NCBI GenBank assembly: GCA_963727235.1
Contig: CAVSFZ010000026.1
Span: 65,286 to 129,285, forward strand
Source: an uncultured Actinomycetes bacterium
Lineage (GTDB): Bacteria; Actinomycetota; Thermoleophilia; Gaiellales; JAICJC01
Direction of reading: 5' to 3'
DNA length: 64,000 bases
The notes beneath the pieces were generated by a model, which had not been told where the DNA came from, did not search any database, and saw only the letters and a list, made by a program, of their open reading frames with translations. The position numbers were made by a program, and so were the translations under genes. Shown in pieces: positions 1-9,526 of the stretch; position 1 is the stretch's first letter, and the number at the start of each line of letters is the position of its first letter.

Positions 1-602
1 TCGCACAGAACGCTGTAGACATCCTCGTAGTAGAGCTCGCGGCGGCCGGTAGCTCGCTCACCCGCGACCCGCTCCAGATAGCGGGCACGGGCACCCTGGG
101 ATAGCACCGAGACACCGACGAACTCGCCGGCGCTGGTGAGCGGATCGAGCCCCTTACCCAGCCGCACCACCCGGCCCTCACGGGTCTCGACCCGCAGCGC
201 CTCCTCATCGGTCTCGCCGAAGCAGACGCCGAGCGCGAGCTCAGCGGGCTCGGCCAGCACCGCCTGCAGCACTCCGTCGGCCACGATCACATCGCCGTTG
301 AGCACCAGTACCCGACCTGGGGGGGCCGCCTCTAAACCCACGGCCAGGCTGACGAAGTTCTCGTACTCCCGCGACAGCGGGTTGTGCACCGAACCGGCTC
401 GCCCGTCCAGCTGACGGTCGAGGTCGCCGGCGTGCGCGCCGGTGACCACCAGTGCCCGGCCGACACCTGCGGCGCCCAGCCGCTCCAGAGCCCATTCGAT
501 CAGCGGTCGACCGCAGACGTTCTGGAGCGCCTTGGGACGCCCGCCCAACCGGCGTCCCGCACCGGCGGCCAGGATCACCGCGACCACCGGGTCAGCCGGC
601 AT
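1..602 (-). CDS. NTP-transferase domain protein (MobA/MocA-like nucleotidyltransferase). Partial: the 3' end runs off the window
   Basis: Reverse translation from CAT at 600-602 gives MPADPVVAVILAAGAGRRLGGRPKALQNVCGRPLIEW..., the LAAGxGxRLG..PK N-terminus of MobA/GlmU-type nucleotidyltransferases. No stop lies inside the window, so it is absent from the ORF track. Its start overlaps the stop of the upstream gene by 11 nt. Confidence 0.6.
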   Translation of the reverse strand, partial: MPADPVVAVILAAGAGRRLGGRPKALQNVCGRPLIEWALERLGAAGVGRALVVTGAHAGDLDRQLDGRAGSVHNPLSREYENFVSLAVGLEAAPPGRVLVLNGDVIVADGVLQAVLAEPAELALGVCFGETDEEALRVETREGRVVRLGKGLDPLTSAGEFVGVSVLSQGARARYLERVAGERATGRRELYYEDVYSVLC

Positions 603-1818
603 CGATCACCTCCCGAGCGACCCGCTCGCCCGCCATCACCGCGCCTTCCATGAAACTGGGCAGCGCCGACGTCTCCGCCCCGGCGTAGTGCACACAACCG
701 TCGGGGAGCGCGAGCCGGGGCCACCATCCGGTCAGCTGTCCGGGCGCCAGGATCAGGTAGCTGCGGGGATAGACGACCCGGGTGACGCGGGCCACACCGA
801 CCCCGAACATGGTGCGCACCGGCTCGTTCAAATCACGCAGCGCAGCCGCGTCCGAGAGTGCCGCCAGCCGGCGTGCCGGAGTCGACCCGACGAAGGCGCC
901 CAGCGTCCGCTGGTCGCGCCGGTACGCGTACCCCAGCACGGTGTCGGTGACCGCCGAGGTGGGTGCGTCCGGGGGCAGGTCGCGTTCCAGCTCGATCAGC
1001 GACTTGACCGCGACACCGTAGGTTGCGCCGGCCGGTATCGGGCGTAGCCCACCGAGGGGTTCGTGGGCGTACAACGGTATCGCCACCACCGCGCGGGGAG
1101 CATTGACCACCTCGCCGCCGGCCAGGGAGACCTCCACCCCGGAAGCAGCATTCCGCAGCGCCAGCACTGATGACTGCAGGCGCACTCGAGCTCCCAGCCC
1201 CGCCGCGATCCGCTCAGCGAATCCTCCCGCTCCCTCGCCAAAGCGAAACTCCGAGTCAGAACGGGCGCCGCCCCGGGCGGCGTCCTTGAGGGCCAGTGCA
1301 TGCAGTGACATGCGCTCCAGCGGGACGGTTGCGGCCACCACCGAGATCATCGTCTCGGCCACCGCCCGGTCGAATGGGGCTGCCTCGCGGGAGCGCAGCC
1401 AGCCGCCCACGCTGACCGCGTCGGTGGAAGGGTCGGGGTGCTGCCCCAACCGCTCGATCTCATCCAGCAGCGCGACGTATCCCGGCGGCGACTCGAACCC
1501 GCGTCGCCCCGCCACCCACGCGGCGGACGGTGTCGGCCCGTGATCGCCCCAACCGACGGCGGAACGCACGATCGCCGCGCCCACCTCGTCGGCCAGCCCT
1601 CGCAGATGCGCGTTGGTGGCGTCGATCGCCTCGCCCCCGGCCTCCCACGGCCGGCCGTCCGCGTGGCGCGTCCACACTCTGCCCCCAACTCGGTCGGAAG
1701 CCTCCAGCACCGTCACATCCGCGCCCGCCTGCGCCAGCCGGTGCGCGGCTGTCAGCCCCGACAGGCCGGCGCCGATCACGACCACGTCAGGCATTGCGGA
1801 GGGCCTCGAGCTCGTCAC
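592..1818 (-). CDS. FAD-dependent oxidoreductase, flavin amine-oxidase-like
   Basis: N-terminal dinucleotide-binding motif VVVIGAGLSGLTAAHRLAQAGADVTVLEASDRVGGRV. 408 aa, the length of amine oxidase / protoporphyrinogen-oxidase-type flavoenzymes. Confidence 0.75.
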   Translation of the reverse strand: MTSSRPSAMPDVVVIGAGLSGLTAAHRLAQAGADVTVLEASDRVGGRVWTRHADGRPWEAGGEAIDATNAHLRGLADEVGAAIVRSAVGWGDHGPTPSAAWVAGRRGFESPPGYVALLDEIERLGQHPDPSTDAVSVGGWLRSREAAPFDRAVAETMISVVAATVPLERMSLHALALKDAARGGARSDSEFRFGEGAGGFAERIAAGLGARVRLQSSVLALRNAASGVEVSLAGGEVVNAPRAVVAIPLYAHEPLGGLRPIPAGATYGVAVKSLIELERDLPPDAPTSAVTDTVLGYAYRRDQRTLGAFVGSTPARRLAALSDAAALRDLNEPVRTMFGVGVARVTRVVYPRSYLILAPGQLTGWWPRLALPDGCVHYAGAETSALPSFMEGAVMAGERVAREVIDAG

Positions 1819-2476
1819 CGGTAACGGCCCGCCACGCCCCCGGCGCCAGCCCGTCCACCGTCAGCGGCCCGTAGCGACTGCGATGCAGCGTCTGCACCGG
1901 ATGGCCGATCGCTGCGCACATGCGCCGCACCTGCCGGTTTCGACCCTCGTGGATGGTGATCTCCACAAGCCCGGGACGGACACTTCGCACCGCAGCCGGG
2001 TGGGTCATGCCGTCCTCGAGCTCCACACCGCCGCGCAGCCGCCCGAGGGCGTCCTCGGAGGGCACCCCATCGACCTCCACCAGATAGGTTTTCTCGACGC
2101 CGTGCTTGGGGTGCATCAACCGGTGGGCCAGATCGCCGTCGTTGGTGAGGACGAGCGCACCGGTGGTGGCCCGATCGAGGCGTCCGACCGGAAACACGCG
2201 GACGTCGGTGGTGACCGCGTCGGTCACCGTCGGCCGCCCGCGGGGATCACCGACGCTGGTGATCATCCCGGCGGGCTTGTTCAGCAGCACCACCACGACC
2301 TCTTGCGCCGTTACCGGATCGCCGTCGAGGCGAACGTCGTCGCCGTCCGACACGCGAGTACCGAGATCGGCCACCTCCCCGTTGACCGTCACCCTGCCGT
2401 CGCGGATGTACACCTCGGCCGCTCGGCGGGAAGCCAGCCCGGTTGAGGCCAGAAACCGGTTAAGCCGCTCCGGCAC
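1787..2476 (-). CDS. rluB: rRNA pseudouridine synthase, RsuA/RluB family
   Basis: S4-like N-terminus MPERLNRFLASTGLASRRAAEVYIRDGRVTVNG followed by a PVGRLD catalytic-Asp motif. Sits directly downstream of scpB, as in many bacteria. Confidence 0.8.
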   Translation of the reverse strand: MPERLNRFLASTGLASRRAAEVYIRDGRVTVNGEVADLGTRVSDGDDVRLDGDPVTAQEVVVVLLNKPAGMITSVGDPRGRPTVTDAVTTDVRVFPVGRLDRATTGALVLTNDGDLAHRLMHPKHGVEKTYLVEVDGVPSEDALGRLRGGVELEDGMTHPAAVRSVRPGLVEITIHEGRNRQVRRMCAAIGHPVQTLHRSRYGPLTVDGLAPGAWRAVTGDELEALRNA

Positions 2477-3044
2477 GCTGATCAGCCACCAGGTGAAGCC
2501 GTGCCCGCAGCGCCTCGTGATCGGCGTCAGTCAGGTCGAACTCCGACAGGGCGGGCAGGCTCGCCGTCCCCTCCTCCAGCCCGAACATGCGGGCGAAGGC
2601 AGTGGTGACCCGGTACAGCACGGGTTGGCCGATCGTGTCAGCCCGCCCCGCCTCTTCGACAAGCCCCCGCTCCAGCAGTCCGGCGACGCCGGCATCGGCC
2701 GACACTCCGCGGATGCGGGCGATGTCGGGCCGCGAGACCGGGCCGAGGTAGGCCACGATCGCAAGCGTCTCCAACCCGGCCTGGCTGATACCGCGCGTCT
2801 GCGGCCGGTTCAGCAGCCGGGCGCAGGCCGGGGCAGTCTCACGCGAGGCGCGAAATCCCCAGCCGCCGGCGGCCTTCTCCAGCACCACTCCCGACCGTCC
2901 CTCGCCGTAGCGGTCACCCAGCGCGTCCAAAGCGCGCTCGATCCGCTCGGGGGCGGCCTCGGTCAGCGCCGCCAACTCACGCACCGACAGCGGTTCTGAG
3001 GCCACGAACAGCAGCGCCTCCACGGTGTGGGTCAGCTCACTCAC
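2460..3044 (-). CDS. scpB: segregation and condensation protein B
   Basis: VEALLFVASEPLSVRELA N-terminus. GTGA overlap with the scpA stop at 3041-3044. Confidence 0.9.
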   Translation of the reverse strand: MSELTHTVEALLFVASEPLSVRELAALTEAAPERIERALDALGDRYGEGRSGVVLEKAAGGWGFRASRETAPACARLLNRPQTRGISQAGLETLAIVAYLGPVSRPDIARIRGVSADAGVAGLLERGLVEEAGRADTIGQPVLYRVTTAFARMFGLEEGTASLPALSEFDLTDADHEALRARLHLVADQRAGAA

Positions 3045-3823
3045 GCGATCGCCCGCTCCGACACGGCTTCGTCGGCCGCCGGCATCTGGGGCTGGTCGCG
3101 CCGCACCGCGCCGCGGGCAACCCGGATCGGCCCGAACAGCTCGGCCTGCACCGGATCGGCCTCGCCGGTCTTGTACAGCTCCAGCACCGCCAGGAATGCG
3201 GCCGCCTGGGACAGTCGATCGAGGCCGGCCACCGCCGCCTCGAATGCGAAGCCACGGCGCTCACCCAGGAGCGCGCGGAACCGATCGAGGAACTCGCTGA
3301 CCGGAACCAGCTTGCGGCGCACCACGCTGATGTCGATCTCCGGCGGAGAGGTGAGCAGCGTGGCCATGGCCGCGTGGAGCTGCCACGGATCCTCACTGAA
3401 CTCCTCGATTACCGGCTCGGGGCGCGGCTGGAGCGGTGCCGGGCCGGCGCGGAACATCCGCGGTGTGGCCTCGGCTCGGTCGTGGAGCCAGCGGGCAGCG
3501 GCGGCGTAGCGGCGGTACTCGATCAGACGCTCGATCAGCTCCTGCTCGGCCTCCTCGACGGTGATGTCCTCGTCGTCGGAGTCCTCAATCCCGAACAGCA
3601 GCCGCACCTTGATCTCGAGCAGCGCAGCGATCAGCACCACGAACTCGGTCGCTGACTCCAGGTCGATCTCGCCCCGCTCCTCCATCCGCTCGACGTAGGC
3701 GACCACGATCTCGGCGATCGGCAGCTCCGCCAGCTCGATCTCCTCCCGCAGGACGAGCGCGAGCAGCAGATCGAACGGGCCCTGGAACACGTCCAGGTCG
3801 AGGTCGAACTCCGCCACGGTCAT
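3041..3823 (-). CDS. scpA: segregation and condensation protein A (kleisin)
   Basis: FQGPFDLLLALV... N-terminal ScpA signature, 260 aa, upstream partner of scpB. Confidence 0.9.
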   Translation of the reverse strand: MTVAEFDLDLDVFQGPFDLLLALVLREEIELAELPIAEIVVAYVERMEERGEIDLESATEFVVLIAALLEIKVRLLFGIEDSDDEDITVEEAEQELIERLIEYRRYAAAARWLHDRAEATPRMFRAGPAPLQPRPEPVIEEFSEDPWQLHAAMATLLTSPPEIDISVVRRKLVPVSEFLDRFRALLGERRGFAFEAAVAGLDRLSQAAAFLAVLELYKTGEADPVQAELFGPIRVARGAVRRDQPQMPAADEAVSERAIA

Positions 3824-3868
3824 GGTCGGGACATTCTAGGGCGGCCGGCGGATGGGACTGTCAGCTCG

Positions 3869-4369
3869 TCACAGTTCCAGCAGCATCCGGGTGTTGCCCA
3901 GCGTGTTGGGCTTCACCCGCGGCAGGTCGAGGAACTCCGCCACACCCTCGTCGTAGGAGCGGCGCAGCTCGGCGTACACCTCCGGCGCCACCGGTGTGCC
4001 CTCGATCTGGCGAAAGCCGTGGCGGGCGAAGAACCGGTGCTCGAAGGTCAGTACGAACACCCGCCGCACACCCAGCTCTCGCGCGGTGTTGACCAGCTCC
4101 GCGACCACAGCGTGCCCCACCCCCCGGCCGACGAACGCCGGATCGACAGCGACCGTGCGCACCTCGGCCAGATCCTCCCACATCACGTGCACCGCCCCGC
4201 AGCCCACCACCGCGCCGTCAAGCTCTGCCACCCGGAAATCCTGGACGTCCTCGTACAGCGTCACGAGCTGCTTGCCCAAGAGCACACCCCGGTCGACGTA
4301 CCCACTGACGATCCGGTGGATGTCGCGGATATCGCCCGTGCGGGCGCGGCGAATGATCGGATCGGTCAC
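3869..4369 (-). CDS. GNAT N-acetyltransferase, short-form N-acetylglutamate-synthase (ArgA)-like
   Basis: 166 aa single GNAT domain. It carries the acetyl-CoA loop VGRGVGHAVV and a C-terminus VAEFLDLPRVKPNTLGNTRMLLEL, which resembles mycobacterial short ArgA as I remember it. Confidence 0.7.
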   Translation of the reverse strand: MTDPIIRRARTGDIRDIHRIVSGYVDRGVLLGKQLVTLYEDVQDFRVAELDGAVVGCGAVHVMWEDLAEVRTVAVDPAFVGRGVGHAVVAELVNTARELGVRRVFVLTFEHRFFARHGFRQIEGTPVAPEVYAELRRSYDEGVAEFLDLPRVKPNTLGNTRMLLEL

Positions 4370-4388
4370 GGGTGCACGATACGCGCGG

Positions 4389-7300
4389 TCAGGCGATGAC
4401 GGCGTCGCCCAGCAGAGCCCGTGCCTCGGCCATGAAGTCGCCGTCTGCCCGCACCCGGTAGTCGGAGCCGAAGCGGAGCACCTTGGCGCCCTCGGTGGTG
4501 TCGATGCGAAGCTCCACCGGCGCCTCGCCGGGGTACTCGCCGATCAGGCTCTTGAGCTCTTCCAGGATGGTCGCCGGCGCCTCGCGGGCATCGACCCGCA
4601 GCTTGACCACACCGGCGTCGGCGACTGCCTCGAACGGCGTTGCCTCCATCGCCATCAGCTTCACCTCGGTGTCGGACTTGCGCTCGACCCGGCCCTTGAT
4701 CAAAACGATGCTGTCGGGGCTGAGCACGTCCCGGGCGTTCTCCCAGGTCTTGGCGAACACGATCACCTCAATCGCGTCGGTGGCGTCGTCGAGCTGGACG
4801 AATGCCATCGTGTCGCCCTTCTTGGTGACCAGTTGCCGCACACCGGCGATGATCCCCCCCACGGTCACGACCTGCCCGTCGCGGAGATTGGGAAACTCCC
4901 GCAGCGGCGCGTCCACCTGGCGGGCGAGCTGCGACCGCAGCGGCGTCAGCGGATGGCTGGAGACGTACAGCCCCAGCACCTCCTTCTCGCGTCGCAGCAG
5001 ATCATCGCGATCCCACTCCAACGTCGACACCTGCGGGTGCACGCGGGTGACGGTGGCCGATCCGCCGGCGGCGTCGTCGCCCATCATGTCGAAGATCGAT
5101 CCCTGGCCGCGGCGAGCATCCTCCTGGATCTTCTGGCCGGCCGCGAGCGCCTGTTCCAACGCCTCGGCGTTGCCCCGCCGGGTTGCACCGGAGCAGTCGA
5201 ACGCCCCCGCTGCGATCAGGCTCTCCAGCATGCGCTTGTTCAGCACCGTCGCGTCGACCCGTTCGCAGAAGTCCCAGATCGACTCGAACGGGCGCTCGGA
5301 GCGGGCCTCGACGATCATCCGCACCGCTCCCTCGCCGACGTTTTTGACAGCCGTCAGACCGAACCGGATCTTGCCGTCCACCACTGCGAAGTCGGACTGG
5401 CTCTCGTTCACATCCGGCGGCAGCACCTCGATACCCATGTCGGCGCACTCACCGACGTAGAACGGCACCCGGTCCTTGGTCGACATCACCGAGGAGATCA
5501 GAGCAGCCATGTACTCGGCCGGATGGTTGGCGCGCAGGTACGCGGTCTGGTACGAGATCAGCGCATAGCAGGCCGCATGCGACTTGTTGAACGAGTAGTC
5601 GGCGCTGCGCTCGTTGTCCTCCCACAGCTGCTGGGCCAGCGCCGCGCCGACGCCGTTGGCGGCACAGCCTTTCAGGAACTTGTCCTTGAGCGAGGCCATC
5701 AGCGATGCGATCTTCTTGCCGACCGCCTTGCGGAGATCGTCCGCCTCGGCCGGTGTGAACCCTGCCAGTTCCCGGGCGATCAGCATCAGCTGCTCCTGAT
5801 AGATCGAGATCCCCGCCGACTCCGACAGGATCGGCTCAAGCCGCGGATCGGGGTAGGAGAACTGTTCCCGGCCGTTGAGGCGCGCTGCGTAGCGCGGGAT
5901 GTTCTGCATCGGGCCGGGCCGGTACAAGGCCACCAGCGCAATCAGATCCTCGAACCGGGTGGGCCTCACCTGGCGCAGCGCGTCGCGCATGCCGCTGGAT
6001 TCGAACTGGAACACCCCGGTGGCATCGCCGCGGGCCATCATCTCGTAGGTCTTGGTGTCGTCCAACGGCAGCGAGTGGACGTCCACGGTGACCCCGCTGG
6101 ACTCCTCGATCAGCTCCACGGCGCGGTCGATCACGTCCAGGTTGCGCAGGCCCAGGAAGTCCATCTTGAGCAGCCCCAGCGCCTCCACATCGTTCATCGA
6201 GAACTGGGTGACGACCTCGGAGTCGGTGCCCTTCTGCTGCAGCGGCAGGTACTCGGTCAGCGGCCGGTCGCCGATCACCACTGCCGCGGCATGAATCGAG
6301 TCGTTGCGCACGACCCCTTCCAGCGGCATGGCCATGTCCACCACCTTGCGGGTGGTCTCGTCGATGTCGTAGCTCTTGCGCAGCTCCGCGCCGGCCTTCA
6401 TGCACATGTCGAACGAGATCTTGGGGCCGTCGGGGACGAACTTGGCGATCCGGTCGACCACGCCGTAGGGCAGCCCCATCACCCGGCCGGCATCCTTGAT
6501 GGCTGCCTTGGGCTGCATCTTGCCGAAGGTGATGATCTGCGCGACGTTGCGGCGACCGTACTTCTCGGCCACGTAGTTGATCACGCGCTCGCGCCCGGCC
6601 ACGGCAAAATCGACGTCCACGTCGGGCATCGACTTGCGGCCGGGATTCAGGAACCGCTCGAACAGCAGCGAGTAGCGCATCGGATCGAGGTCGGTGATGC
6701 GCAGGCAGTACGCGACCAGGGATCCCGCGGCCGACCCACGGCCGGGTCCGACCGAGATGCCCTCGGCGCGGGCGAACCGGATGAAGTCCCACACGATCAG
6801 GAAGTAGTCGGGGAAGCCCATCTCCTCGATCGTCTTGAGCTCGAACTCCAGCCGCTGGCGCAGCTCAGGGGTCTCGCTGCCGTACCGCTCGCGCAGCCCG
6901 TCTTCAGCCAGCTTGCGCAGGTACGCGATGGCGGTCTCACCGCCGGGCAGATCGAAATGCGGCAGATGCGTTGCCTCGAAGTCGAGCGTGGCGGAGCAGC
7001 GATCGGCGATCTCGACCGTGGCCCGCAGCATCTCCTCGCCGAACCGCGGTGCGAACAGGTCGTACATCTCCTGCGGCGAGCGCAGGTAGAAGCCGTGGTT
7101 GGAGAACTTGAAGCGGTTCGGGTTGTCGAGCGTGTCTCCGGTCTGAATGCACAGCATGGCCTCGTGCGGGATTGCATCGGCGGCGGTCAGGTAGTGGACG
7201 TCGCCGGTACCCACCAGCGGCAGCCCGGCATCTCCCGCCATCGCCACCAGCTGCGGCGTGATCTGCGTCTGGATGTCGATACCGCCGTCCTGGATCTCCA

Positions 7301-7817
7301 CGTACACGTCGTCGCGGCCGAAGATCTGCACCAGCGTGTCCAGCTCCTGCCGCGCGCGGGCCTCGTCGCCGTCCACCAGCGCCTTGCTGACCCGGCCCGA
7401 GAGGCAACCCGACAGGGCGATGATGCCGTCGGCGTGCGCGGCCAGCTGCTCGAGGTCGACCCGCGGCTTGTACCAGTACCCGTCCAGGAACCCGGCCGAC
7501 ACCAGCCGCACCAGGTTGTGGTAGCCCTCGCGCGTCTCGGCCAGGAGCGTCAGGTGGCCGCGGCGTTCGCGCTGAGGCCGCGCGGCGTGGTCGTCGACCA
7601 CGTAGATCTCACAGCCCAGTATCGGCTTGATGCCGGCCTTGGCGCCGGCCTTGCAAAACTCCACCGAGCCCGCCATCGACCCGTGGTCGGTGAGCCCGAT
7701 GGCCGGCATCCCGAACTCTGCGGCGCGATTGACGAGAGGGCCGATCCGACACGCCCCATCGAGGATCGAGTACTCGCTGTGGACGTGGAGATGGGCGTAG
7801 CGCGGTTGGTTCGGCAC
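4389..7817 (-). CDS. dnaE: DNA polymerase III alpha subunit (replicative)
   Basis: 1142 aa. N-terminal PHP domain (YAHLHVHSEYSILDGA), the FLGLRNL motif in the fingers/palm region, and a C-terminal OB-fold region. GTG start at 7817. Confidence 0.97.
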   Translation of the reverse strand: MPNQPRYAHLHVHSEYSILDGACRIGPLVNRAAEFGMPAIGLTDHGSMAGSVEFCKAGAKAGIKPILGCEIYVVDDHAARPQRERRGHLTLLAETREGYHNLVRLVSAGFLDGYWYKPRVDLEQLAAHADGIIALSGCLSGRVSKALVDGDEARARQELDTLVQIFGRDDVYVEIQDGGIDIQTQITPQLVAMAGDAGLPLVGTGDVHYLTAADAIPHEAMLCIQTGDTLDNPNRFKFSNHGFYLRSPQEMYDLFAPRFGEEMLRATVEIADRCSATLDFEATHLPHFDLPGGETAIAYLRKLAEDGLRERYGSETPELRQRLEFELKTIEEMGFPDYFLIVWDFIRFARAEGISVGPGRGSAAGSLVAYCLRITDLDPMRYSLLFERFLNPGRKSMPDVDVDFAVAGRERVINYVAEKYGRRNVAQIITFGKMQPKAAIKDAGRVMGLPYGVVDRIAKFVPDGPKISFDMCMKAGAELRKSYDIDETTRKVVDMAMPLEGVVRNDSIHAAAVVIGDRPLTEYLPLQQKGTDSEVVTQFSMNDVEALGLLKMDFLGLRNLDVIDRAVELIEESSGVTVDVHSLPLDDTKTYEMMARGDATGVFQFESSGMRDALRQVRPTRFEDLIALVALYRPGPMQNIPRYAARLNGREQFSYPDPRLEPILSESAGISIYQEQLMLIARELAGFTPAEADDLRKAVGKKIASLMASLKDKFLKGCAANGVGAALAQQLWEDNERSADYSFNKSHAACYALISYQTAYLRANHPAEYMAALISSVMSTKDRVPFYVGECADMGIEVLPPDVNESQSDFAVVDGKIRFGLTAVKNVGEGAVRMIVEARSERPFESIWDFCERVDATVLNKRMLESLIAAGAFDCSGATRRGNAEALEQALAAGQKIQEDARRGQGSIFDMMGDDAAGGSATVTRVHPQVSTLEWDRDDLLRREKEVLGLYVSSHPLTPLRSQLARQVDAPLREFPNLRDGQVVTVGGIIAGVRQLVTKKGDTMAFVQLDDATDAIEVIVFAKTWENARDVLSPDSIVLIKGRVERKSDTEVKLMAMEATPFEAVADAGVVKLRVDAREAPATILEELKSLIGEYPGEAPVELRIDTTEGAKVLRFGSDYRVRADGDFMAEARALLGDAVIA

Positions 7818-7833
7818 GGGTTCCTGAGTCTAC

Positions 7834-7864
7834 CGAGCGGGGGCGACGGAGCCGCCCCCGCTCG
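7834..7864 (-). terminator. GC-rich hairpin downstream of the small ORF 7870-8112 (putative terminator, no U-tract)
   Basis: Perfect 11-bp stem, CGAGCGGGGGC (7834-7844) with GCCCCCGCTCG (7854-7864), and a 9-nt loop. It lies between a gene end and the dnaE start. Confidence 0.35.
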
Positions 7865-7869
7865 ACAAG

Positions 7870-8112
7870 TTACTGACCCGCCATGCGATGGCGGAGAACC
7901 AGCCCGGCCGAGGTGATGACGGCGGCCGTCGTAAAGGCTGCAGCCCCTCCAATCACGGCCGTGCGCCGGCGCTTGCGGCGGCGCTCCTGAGAGCCTCGCA
8001 GCGTGCGATCGACGACCCGCTGGGCCTTGCGACTGATGCCCACGTTCCGCCAGGTGCGCACCGTCGCGACCGAGGTCGCGTACCCGATTGCTGCTTTCCG
8101 TGAATTGAACAT
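7870..8112 (-). CDS. hypothetical small protein with a basic segment and a C-terminal hydrophobic helix
   Basis: An internal ATG at 8112 gives MFNSRKAAIGY...RRRKRRRTAVIGGAAAFTTAAVITSAGLVL. The longest ORF reaches 8172. No recognisable family. Confidence 0.35.
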   Translation of the reverse strand: MFNSRKAAIGYATSVATVRTWRNVGISRKAQRVVDRTLRGSQERRRKRRRTAVIGGAAAFTTAAVITSAGLVLRHRMAGQ

Positions 8113-8178
8113 GCGGCCTACTGTAGCCGAGGCCGCGGGCGGTGGCAGGTTACCGCTTTCCGAGTTCGCCAATACCTC

Positions 8179-8376
8179 ATGTCGGTGATCGGCAGAAGCC
8201 CTCCGAAGGGCGACATCCCTCCCATGGACGCGAACCCCGACACCACATCAGAGATCGAGATCGACGACCGCTTCATCGGTGACTGGATCGAGTACGGGAT
8301 GGCCGAGATCAACTCGTACCTGGCCAAGCATCTGCGATTCGCACGCTGGTGCGACGAGCACCGGGCGGCTGAGTAG
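8179..8376 (+). CDS. hypothetical small acidic protein
   Basis: 65-aa ORF (alternative ATG at 8224) ending ...FIGDWIEYGMAEINSYLAKHLRFARWCDEHRAAE. Non-repetitive composition, but no family recognised. Confidence 0.3.
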   Translation: MSVIGRSPPKGDIPPMDANPDTTSEIEIDDRFIGDWIEYGMAEINSYLAKHLRFARWCDEHRAAE

Positions 8377-8385
8377 CAACGCAGA

Positions 8386-9495
8386 TTAGGCGCTGACGAC
8401 CGGAAGCGTCAGCTTCCGGGTCTTGCGCTCAGGTCGCACCATGCCGCCGGCGATCCATGCGTCGACCTCGCTGAACAGCTCTTCCACCAGCGCCGCCTGG
8501 GGCACCTTGCGCAGCACCTCGCCGTGGGCATAGATGAAGCCGGCATCCCTCCCGCCGGCGATGCCGAAGTCGGCGTCGCCGGCCTCGCCCGGGCCGTTCA
8601 CGGCGCAGCCCATGACCGCCACCTCGAACACCTCGTCGTAGTCCTCCAAGCGCCGCTCGACCCGTTCGGCCAGGTCGAGCACATCGACGTTGGTGCGCCC
8701 GCACGACGGACAGGCGATCATGACCGGGCCCTTGTGCCGCAGACCGAGCACCCGCAGCATCTCCCAGGCAACTTTGACCTCCTCCACCGGGTCGGCGGTG
8801 AGGGACACCCTGATGGTGTCACCGATGCCCATGGCGAGCAGGCTGCCGATCCCAATCGAGCTCTTGACGGTGCCGGTAAAGACCGGGCCGGCCTCGGTCA
8901 CGCCGAGGTGCAGCGGGTAGGGCACCTTGTCGGCCAGCCGTCGGTAGGCGTCGATCATGACCGGTACGGACGAGCTCTTGACCGAGATCTTGAAGTCGTG
9001 GTAGCCGAGCCGCTCCAGCAGCCGCACCTCCTCCAGCGCAGCCTCGACCAGCGCCCCTGCGGGGTCGTTGGTTGCAAACTGGCGGAGATGGTCGGGAAGA
9101 GATCCGGAGTTGGCTCCGATCCGCATGGGAATGCCGGCGGCCCGAGCTGCCGTGACAACCTGTTCGACCTTGTCGTCCCCGCCGATGTTTCCGGGGTTGA
9201 TGCGCACAGCGGCGACCCCTGCCGCGATCGCTCGCAGCGCCAGTGAGGCGTTGAAGTGGATATCGGCGATCACCGGCAGCGGCGAGCCGGCCACGATCTC
9301 CGGAAGCGCGTCGGCGTCCGCGCGGCCGGGCACCGCGACCCGGGCGATATCGCAGCCTGCCTCCGCCAGGCGCGTGATCTGGGCGACGGTCGCAGCGGCG
9401 TCGCTGGTGTCGGTCAGCGTCATCGACTGCACCGCCACCGGCGCACCTGCGCCGATCAGCACCCCACCAACGGAGATTTGGCGTTCGGAAGCCAT
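8386..9495 (-). CDS. ispG: 4-hydroxy-3-methylbut-2-en-1-yl diphosphate synthase
   Basis: 369 aa with RINPGNIG, CPSCGR and MGCAVNGPGE motifs typical of IspG/GcpE. Confidence 0.95.
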   Translation of the reverse strand: MASERQISVGGVLIGAGAPVAVQSMTLTDTSDAAATVAQITRLAEAGCDIARVAVPGRADADALPEIVAGSPLPVIADIHFNASLALRAIAAGVAAVRINPGNIGGDDKVEQVVTAARAAGIPMRIGANSGSLPDHLRQFATNDPAGALVEAALEEVRLLERLGYHDFKISVKSSSVPVMIDAYRRLADKVPYPLHLGVTEAGPVFTGTVKSSIGIGSLLAMGIGDTIRVSLTADPVEEVKVAWEMLRVLGLRHKGPVMIACPSCGRTNVDVLDLAERVERRLEDYDEVFEVAVMGCAVNGPGEAGDADFGIAGGRDAGFIYAHGEVLRKVPQAALVEELFSEVDAWIAGGMVRPERKTRKLTLPVVSA

Positions 9496-9526
9496 TTCGC
9501 AGAGGATACCGTCTGCCGCCCGCCGA

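Noticed and set aside
3996-7916. 1306-aa plus-strand ORF covering all of dnaE
   Set aside because: It is antisense to an unmistakable DnaE. The translation is Arg/Gly/His/Asp/Leu-rich with no motif. Long stop-free antisense frames are expected in very GC-rich coding DNA.
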